Virus record (IMG/VR): IMGVR_UViG_2791355084_000002
Location: 36,496 to 100,495 of that record
DNA: 64,000 nt
Strand: one strand, 5' to 3'
Source of the DNA: a virus
Taxonomy: Duplodnaviria; Caudoviricetes
Under the pieces are notes generated by a model. The model was not told the origin of the DNA, ran no database searches, and saw only the letters and a list, made by a program, of their open reading frames with translations. Shown piece after piece: positions 58,326 to 64,000 of the stretch. A program made the position numbers and the translations under genes. Each line of letters begins with the position of its first letter. Positions within the stretch are counted from its first letter, which is position 1.

Positions 58326-59427
58326 TTTACCTGATTTATATTTTTTAGAAAAAGCACCCGAGCAAATTGAAAGTGAAATGTTGTTGCATGTTAGAGAAAA
58401 AACAGGGCTAACTCTGCAGCGGGCAGATCCAAGGTTGAAATTTATTCAGGCATTGGCTGCATTTGTTTCTATAGAGCGCAACAAAGTAGAACACGGTTTG
58501 CGCCAGAATCGCTTGTCATATGCCGAGGATGACATGCTGGATCATATGGGGGCAGAAATGTCTACGGAGCGTCTACCAGCGAAATATGCACGGACAACAA
58601 TGGCTTTTAGTTTAGAAGAAGATCGTGTGGATGCTCTGACGATTCCTGCGGGAACAAGGTATCAGGTTGGCCATGTTTATTTTGAGACAAATAAGTCACA
58701 TATCATTGCGCCAGGTACCCACCTATATACAGTTGAAGCCACTTGTACTGAGCCAGGTGAAATCGGCAATGGCTTTTTAGTTGGTGAAATCGCCACGTTA
58801 GTAGATCCTTTACCTTATGTGAAATCCGTCCAAAACACGACCGTTACTAGTGGCGGTGCAGATGAGGAAAGTGATGATGCGTATGCAGAACGAATTCGAT
58901 TAGCACCTGAAAGTTTCTCCGTAGCTGGTCCCAAAGGTGCTTATATTTATTGGGCTAAGGCTGTTAATCAAAATATAAGTGATGTAAAAGTAGAATCACC
59001 GATAAGCGGAGAAGTGCATGTCTATATTCTTATGGCAAACGGAAAGCTTCCGGCAGAAGAAGAGTTGACTTTAGTTGAAACGAAAATGAGAGATAACCAA
59101 ATTCGACCATTAACTGACAAGGTATTAGTAAAAGCACCATCGATTGTTAATTACACAGTATCAGTAGAGTATTGGATTGCAAATCAAAACAGTATAGTTT
59201 CTCCAATCATCGAAAAGCAAGTAAATCAAGCTTTTGAGAGTTATCTTAAATGGCAACGTTCAAAAATGGGTCGAGACGTTGATATTTCTGAGCTTATAGC
59301 ACGTCTAAAACAAGCAGGGGCAGCGCGTGTATCGGTAAGTTCACCTATGTTTATTGAAATTGCAGATACTCAGATTGCAAATGAATTATCAACAGAAATA
59401 ACGTTTAAAGGGCTAACGAATGACTAG
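58312..59427 (+). CDS. Baseplate J-like protein
   Basis: GGADEESDDAYAERI, SVAGP.GAY, IRPLTD. Confidence 0.92.
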   Translation: MSRFNLPDLYFLEKAPEQIESEMLLHVREKTGLTLQRADPRLKFIQALAAFVSIERNKVEHGLRQNRLSYAEDDMLDHMGAEMSTERLPAKYARTTMAFSLEEDRVDALTIPAGTRYQVGHVYFETNKSHIIAPGTHLYTVEATCTEPGEIGNGFLVGEIATLVDPLPYVKSVQNTTVTSGGADEESDDAYAERIRLAPESFSVAGPKGAYIYWAKAVNQNISDVKVESPISGEVHVYILMANGKLPAEEELTLVETKMRDNQIRPLTDKVLVKAPSIVNYTVSVEYWIANQNSIVSPIIEKQVNQAFESYLKWQRSKMGRDVDISELIARLKQAGAARVSVSSPMFIEIADTQIANELSTEITFKGLTND

Positions 59428-60067
59428 TGACATCTTGAAATTATTGCCCTATAGTTTACGACAAGACCCTGTGCTTGAAGCCATTGCAGAAGCTGCAGAA
59501 ATACAATTAAAACAAACTTATCAGGAAGCAGAAGTTGTCAGCAATTTAGTCAACATCGATGAAATGCCTGGTGAGTTACTTGATTTATTAGCATTTGAAA
59601 AGCATGTTGATTTCTATCAGGCTAATTTGCCGATTGACCAGAAGAGAAATCTAGTGAAATCTTCAATTAGCTTGCATCGTAAAAAGGGTACCCCTGCAGC
59701 TATTCAACAAGTGTTTAATAAGCTTGCTCTTGATAGTAAATTAAAAGAATGGTTCCAGTACGGAGGAGAACCTTATTACTTTAAGATTGAAGTTAACATC
59801 AAGGATAAAAGTGTTAGTCAGAAAACGCTTAATTCACTAATTATGATGATTAATGAATATAAAAATATCCGTTCACATTTAGAAAAAATAGAAGTTTTCT
59901 TTACTACAAATGGTAAAACGCAAGTAGGAGCTTGTTCAATTTTTGGTGAAGATATATCGGTGTTTCCATGGCAAATCACAAACATTGATACAAAAGGTAT
60001 TTATCGTTTTGGATTAGGGCAGCAGTTCTTTGATACAACAACGATTTTCCCAAAAGGGGGTATTTAA
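59420..60067 (+). CDS. Tail protein I-like
   Basis: LDLLA, HRKKGT, EWFQYGGEPY, KNIRSHL. Confidence 0.9.
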   Translation: MTSDILKLLPYSLRQDPVLEAIAEAAEIQLKQTYQEAEVVSNLVNIDEMPGELLDLLAFEKHVDFYQANLPIDQKRNLVKSSISLHRKKGTPAAIQQVFNKLALDSKLKEWFQYGGEPYYFKIEVNIKDKSVSQKTLNSLIMMINEYKNIRSHLEKIEVFFTTNGKTQVGACSIFGEDISVFPWQITNIDTKGIYRFGLGQQFFDTTTIFPKGGI

Positions 60068-60772
60068 GTGGCTGAAAATTTTTATACAGTTTTAACGAAC
60101 GCTGGTATAGCAACATTTGCAAATGCACAGGTTTCTCAAAGTAAAGTAGATTTTTCTACTATAGCTGTAGGTGATAGTAATGGCGCTTATTATAATCCTG
60201 TAGCTGCTGCTACAAAGCTTGCTAATGAAGTTTGGAGAGGACCTATTAATTCGATTTCAATTGATGAAAAGAATCCAAACTGGTTAGTTATAGAGGCTGT
60301 GATTCCTGCAACAGCAGGAGGATTTAGTATAAGGGAAATCGGTGTTTTCAATCCAGCGGGCGTTCTTTTAGCTATCGGAAAGGTGCCAGAAACGTATAAG
60401 CCCGCAGCGGAACAAGGAAGTTTAAAAGATTTATATTTACGGATGATTTTAGAAGTGTCTAACGCAAGTGCAGTAACTTTAAAAGTTGATCCTGCCATAA
60501 TATTCGCAAGTAAAAAATATGTGGATGAAAAAGTATCCTCTATAACACAAAACACTACGCAAATTCTCGACAAAATAGACGAATTTAACAAAAATGAAGG
60601 GAAGAATACGAAGAATATTGTAGAGCTAGTCAATAAAGTTAGTAGCAATATTACTGCACATTTGGATGAAAGTATGCCACATGTGTTTACGGACAACGGT
60701 GTGAAATATCGGTGGGGTTTTCGTACAGTAAATGGTGAACCACAAATCATTTATGAGGAGATGACAACTTGA
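60068..60772 (+). CDS. Tail fibre collar protein (gpH N-terminal-like)
   Basis: LTNAG, AVGD.NG, GGFSIREIG, PETYKP, ASKKYVD. Confidence 0.88.
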   Translation: MAENFYTVLTNAGIATFANAQVSQSKVDFSTIAVGDSNGAYYNPVAAATKLANEVWRGPINSISIDEKNPNWLVIEAVIPATAGGFSIREIGVFNPAGVLLAIGKVPETYKPAAEQGSLKDLYLRMILEVSNASAVTLKVDPAIIFASKKYVDEKVSSITQNTTQILDKIDEFNKNEGKNTKNIVELVNKVSSNITAHLDESMPHVFTDNGVKYRWGFRTVNGEPQIIYEEMTT

Positions 60773-61665
60773 AAATCATTGACTTAGCAACGAAAACAGT
60801 GCAAACGACTATAAAGGCTGTTGTAGATAACATTCGTACGGTTGTCAATGCTATTAAAACAACAACGGATGCGATAAAGACAAAAACTGATACGATTGAT
60901 ACGCGAGCAAATACAATAAATACGAACGTCAATACGATAAGTACCAATGTAGGATCACCGACAACAGCAGCCAATAGCGCTACGAACGCAAATGTCCATG
61001 CGAAATTGAATTGGTTGACTTTAAATGTCGCTGATACCTCAACAAAACAGCAACAGCTATTGAATGGTGTAAACACCATAAACACGAATACAAACACAGT
61101 AAGTACAAATGTAAATAGAGTGAATTCGAATGTCAATACGATAAATACAAGTGTTGATAGAATTAACAGTAACGTAAATACAATTAATACAAATGTATCC
61201 TCAACAAAAACAACTGTAGATAACATAAAAACCGTTACAGATTCAACGAAAGAAACTTTAGATAGTATTAAGGCGGTTGGTGATTCCACTAAAACAAGTG
61301 TAGATAATATAAATAGAAATGTAACAAGTGTTCAAAATCATCTAAGTACAGTAAATAATAATGTAGCAACAGTTGTAACCACATTAAGAAGTAGTCGTGT
61401 CGTAAAGTCTGTCCAAAGAGGAAAGACTGCTGCTTATGGTAATAGTGGCTACACAATACCGATATCACGTGTGGACACTTCAAAATCATTATTAATAATT
61501 AATGGTACAGCTAGAATAGAAACGCATGGTGCTGATATTCGTATTATTCATTTGGAAAATGATGCATATCTCAATTCTAGTACTATTAGCTTCCAATCAC
61601 TTAATTCTACTAGTATCAGATCTATTTTTATAGATTGTGCATGGCAAGTAATAGAATTCTATTGA
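60769..61665 (+). CDS. Fibre-like protein with Asn/Thr-rich heptad repeats
   Basis: VNTINTN-type 7-aa repeats; VKSVQRG...WQVIEFY C-terminal domain. Confidence 0.75.
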   Translation: MKIIDLATKTVQTTIKAVVDNIRTVVNAIKTTTDAIKTKTDTIDTRANTINTNVNTISTNVGSPTTAANSATNANVHAKLNWLTLNVADTSTKQQQLLNGVNTINTNTNTVSTNVNRVNSNVNTINTSVDRINSNVNTINTNVSSTKTTVDNIKTVTDSTKETLDSIKAVGDSTKTSVDNINRNVTSVQNHLSTVNNNVATVVTTLRSSRVVKSVQRGKTAAYGNSGYTIPISRVDTSKSLLIINGTARIETHGADIRIIHLENDAYLNSSTISFQSLNSTSIRSIFIDCAWQVIEFY

Positions 61666-61681
61666 TAGAGGAAGTGAAAAA

Positions 61682-61957
61682 ATGTTTAACTATATACAAT
61701 TAGATGAAAATAGTGTCGTGATTGGTATTAGTCAATTGAGTGGAGAAGTAGATAATGACAACATGATATTAATTAATGATTTAAAAGTTGTAATGGGAAG
61801 TACTTATAATAGACAAACAGGCGAATTTACAGCCCCAGTTATACCCAATCCAATACCAATGAAATCACAACCAACATTAGAAGAAATGCAAGCACAAATA
61901 CTTTTAAATGTTAAGTACCTAGTATCAAGATCTGAATTAGGATTAGGAGGAAAATAA
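61682..61957 (+). CDS. Fibre-associated small protein
   Basis: YIQLDEN.V.IGISQL, PTLEEMQ. Confidence 0.6.
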   Translation: MFNYIQLDENSVVIGISQLSGEVDNDNMILINDLKVVMGSTYNRQTGEFTAPVIPNPIPMKSQPTLEEMQAQILLNVKYLVSRSELGLGGK

Positions 61958-61958
61958 G

Positions 61959-62126
61959 ATGAAGGTATTTGAATTATGTAAGTTTTTAATTGATCGTAAA
62001 CGATATGAGCAAACGACTATGTTGAATAAAGTCAATGTCTTTTATGCTAATAATCAATTGGAAGATCAAGAATACACAGAGTTATTAACTATAATGGATG
62101 CACAACAAACGCAAGCAGATGCTTAG
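61959..62126 (+). CDS. XkdX-like small protein (55 aa, absent from the ORF track)
   Basis: RBS aggagg; KVNVFYANNQL...EY.EL. Confidence 0.65.
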   Translation: MKVFELCKFLIDRKRYEQTTMLNKVNVFYANNQLEDQEYTELLTIMDAQQTQADA

Positions 62127-62173
62127 CGTTATTTTTATTGTCAAAAAATTATTAGAGCAAACTTTACTACTTT

Positions 62174-62482
62174 GTGATTACATTGAAAATGAAAGGAGTG
62201 AAGTTTGTGGTAAATATCGTTAAATCAACTGAGTATTGCGATATCTTGAAACAAGTTAAAATTCAGGATGGAGAAAATGTATATGCAATTGAAGAAATTT
62301 ATGTAAAAGCCCTTAAAAGAATTGAAGTTCGTTTCGCCTGGTATAAAATAAATGAGAATGGTGTATTGAGATTTATTAAGAGTGCATTAGATTTAGAAAA
62401 AGAAAGTTTGTTTGAATTGTTGAAAATGTCCATTGAAGAAGGGATTTTCGCGAAAGAACAATTCCATGCTCTGTCTAAATAA
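62174..62482 (+). CDS. Hypothetical protein between tail and lysis modules
   Basis: RBS aaaggagtg suggests a start near 62207; EVRFAWY motif; followed by a terminator-like hairpin. Confidence 0.55.
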   Translation: MITLKMKGVKFVVNIVKSTEYCDILKQVKIQDGENVYAIEEIYVKALKRIEVRFAWYKINENGVLRFIKSALDLEKESLFELLKMSIEEGIFAKEQFHALSK

Positions 62483-62558
62483 ATTTTAACTAAAAATAAT
62501 TTTACTGCCTTCCACAAACATTAGTGGAGGGCTATTTTATGCATAAGGAAGGTATCCA

Positions 62559-62975
62559 ATGAAAACAGACACATTATATACATCACTTGTAGGCGGCTCC
62601 ATGGCAGGAGTCGCTTATTTTGTTGGTGGCATTGACCATTTAATCAAAGCCTTCGTTATTTTTATGGCGATTGATTATATTTTAGGCGTTATGGTTGCGT
62701 TTGTTGTGAAAAACGTTGATAGCAGAAAAGCCTTAATAGGGTTATTTAAAAAACTAGCTATGATTTTGATGGTGATTGCTGCGGTACAACTGGACTTAGC
62801 AACAGAGAGTGGAAACTTTATGCGCAATGCCATGATTCTTTTTCTAATTGGTATGGAAGGAATCAGTATGATTGAAAATCTTGGCAAGTTAGGTTTGAAA
62901 GTCCCGAAGTTTTTAACGAACGCTTTTAAACAGCTACAAATCGACAATGATGATAAAAAGGATGATAAACAGTGA
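62559..62975 (+). CDS. Holin (holin-4-like family)
   Basis: MAIDYILG, S.KA..GL.KK, EGISMIEN...G..VP. Confidence 0.9.
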   Translation: MKTDTLYTSLVGGSMAGVAYFVGGIDHLIKAFVIFMAIDYILGVMVAFVVKNVDSRKALIGLFKKLAMILMVIAAVQLDLATESGNFMRNAMILFLIGMEGISMIENLGKLGLKVPKFLTNAFKQLQIDNDDKKDDKQ

Positions 62976-63640
62976 GTGTTACAACTACATGCCGAGATTT
63001 AAGCGAATTACTACCAGTGGCTCAAACGGCTTGCAGATTGCTCTTTCAACAGTGCTACAAAGCAGGTATTCAAAATATTTTCGTTACAGAAACCTACCGT
63101 TCGCAGGCAAGGCAAAATTATCTATATGCACAAGGTAGAACAAGACCAGGGAAAATTGTAACGTGGACGCTGAAGAGTAATCATACTTCACGTTTAGCAT
63201 GGGACATTGCCGTGGCTCCCCCGAAACCCTTATATGACGTAGATACATTAACAAAAGTCGGGGCAATCGCTCGTAAGTTAGGTATTACGTGGGGTGGTGA
63301 TTGGGCTCGCAGAATTGACAGACCACATTTTGAAGTGAAGCCGAATTGGAAGATGCCTAGAGGGTACAAATTAGATGGACAAGTAATCGTACCGAGCAAT
63401 AGCAAATTGAAAGTTCAATTAATTGTGAAAGACAAGAAGGAGGGAATCAGCGTGGCAAATACAACATGGAATCCAGGTTCACCAGCTATAAGAACAGAGA
63501 CAGAGAACTTTATTGCACAGGCAGTGAAGGATGGTATTGTTCAAGCTTCACATTTGAAAGACTTACAAAGTGGTGTGATGACAACGGATCGCTTGATTGG
63601 ATTATATATCACAATCGAGCAACGCAGAAATAATAAATAA
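62972..63640 (+). CDS. Endolysin, M15 L-Ala-D-Glu peptidase type
   Basis: Same motifs as, and nearly identical to, 18174-18845. Confidence 0.92.
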   Translation: MSVTTTCRDLSELLPVAQTACRLLFQQCYKAGIQNIFVTETYRSQARQNYLYAQGRTRPGKIVTWTLKSNHTSRLAWDIAVAPPKPLYDVDTLTKVGAIARKLGITWGGDWARRIDRPHFEVKPNWKMPRGYKLDGQVIVPSNSKLKVQLIVKDKKEGISVANTTWNPGSPAIRTETENFIAQAVKDGIVQASHLKDLQSGVMTTDRLIGLYITIEQRRNNK

Positions 63641-63708
63641 TAGTTAGACACAGTAAAAGTACTTGTCTTTTTGACTTTAATCATAGAAATAGCAAAGCCT
63701 CAATGTAA

Positions 63709-63741
63709 AAGGCTACCAAATGAAATTCATTTGGTAGCCTT
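63709..63741. terminator. Perfect inverted repeat between convergent genes
   Basis: aaggctaccaaatgaa-a-ttcatttggtagcctt. Confidence 0.75.
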
Positions 63742-63769
63742 GCTGTTTTGAGTATTCAAAAAACCTATT

Positions 63770-64000
63770 TTACCATTTTATTTCTGGATATATTTCTGAG
63801 ATTTTCATACCTTCAATTGTTCCTTTTTTAAGTAGTTCTTTATAACCATTAAATTCTTGAGAATAGTGATCTTTAACTCTTGATAGATAAGATTTACCAC
63901 GACTATGACTTATCCAATATTCCTCATCTTTATAATAAAAATTCAGTTCATCATTCATTTCGAGAAGGCTTTTAAACTCTAAGTACTCTTTTTCTGTCAT
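63770..64000 (-). CDS. Small hypothetical protein (start at the window edge)
   Basis: 76-aa ORF convergent on the endolysin. Confidence 0.5.
   Translation of the reverse strand: MTEKEYLEFKSLLEMNDELNFYYKDEEYWISHSRGKSYLSRVKDHYSQEFNGYKELLKKGTIEGMKISEIYPEIKW

Larger units (their letters stand above)
20253..64000 (+). mobile_element. Myovirus-type prophage 2 (lambda-like head, P2/Mu-like contractile tail); right att not seen
   Basis: Integrase-immunity-replication-ArpU-terminase-portal-ClpP-capsid-sheath-tube-TMP-baseplate-fibre-lysis order. Confidence 0.93.

Noticed and set aside
60769-61400. Tandem 21-nt-period repeats as a CRISPR array or DGR template
   Set aside because: Degenerate coding heptads with no spacers; no cas gene or reverse transcriptase in the window

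Overview
Low-GC Bacillales DNA (Lysinibacillus-like by protein resemblance; inference) made almost entirely of two adjacent prophages on the + strand. (1) 1-~19.8 kb: late half of an SPP1-like siphoprophage (scaffold, capsid, neck, tail, lysis), ending at a tRNA-Arg 3'-end-like attR. It carries cargo genes: an MBL-fold hydrolase, an MFS efflux pump with a leader peptide, a PD-(D/E)XK nuclease and an SMI1/KNR4 protein. (2) ~20.25 kb to beyond 64 kb: a near-complete myoprophage with a tyrosine integrase, ImmA/ImmR-type immunity, replication genes, ArpU, a lambda-like head and a P2/Mu-like contractile tail. It carries a three-gene Lamassu/ABC-3C defence operon and several candidate defence genes. 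The clearest hidden feature is a 1331-nt group I intron (52210-53540) that splits the myophage tape-measure gene and holds a Zn-repeat/Vsr-like homing endonuclease gene with one in-frame TAG. Other signals: an attP-like junction matching the start of a brxA/yphP-like gene, near-identical endolysin genes bracketing the whole second prophage, a short recombinase with a dif-like site, paralogous repressors, five operators, -1 frameshift sites and an ATT-initiated tail gene. All family assignments come from motif recognition, not database searches.
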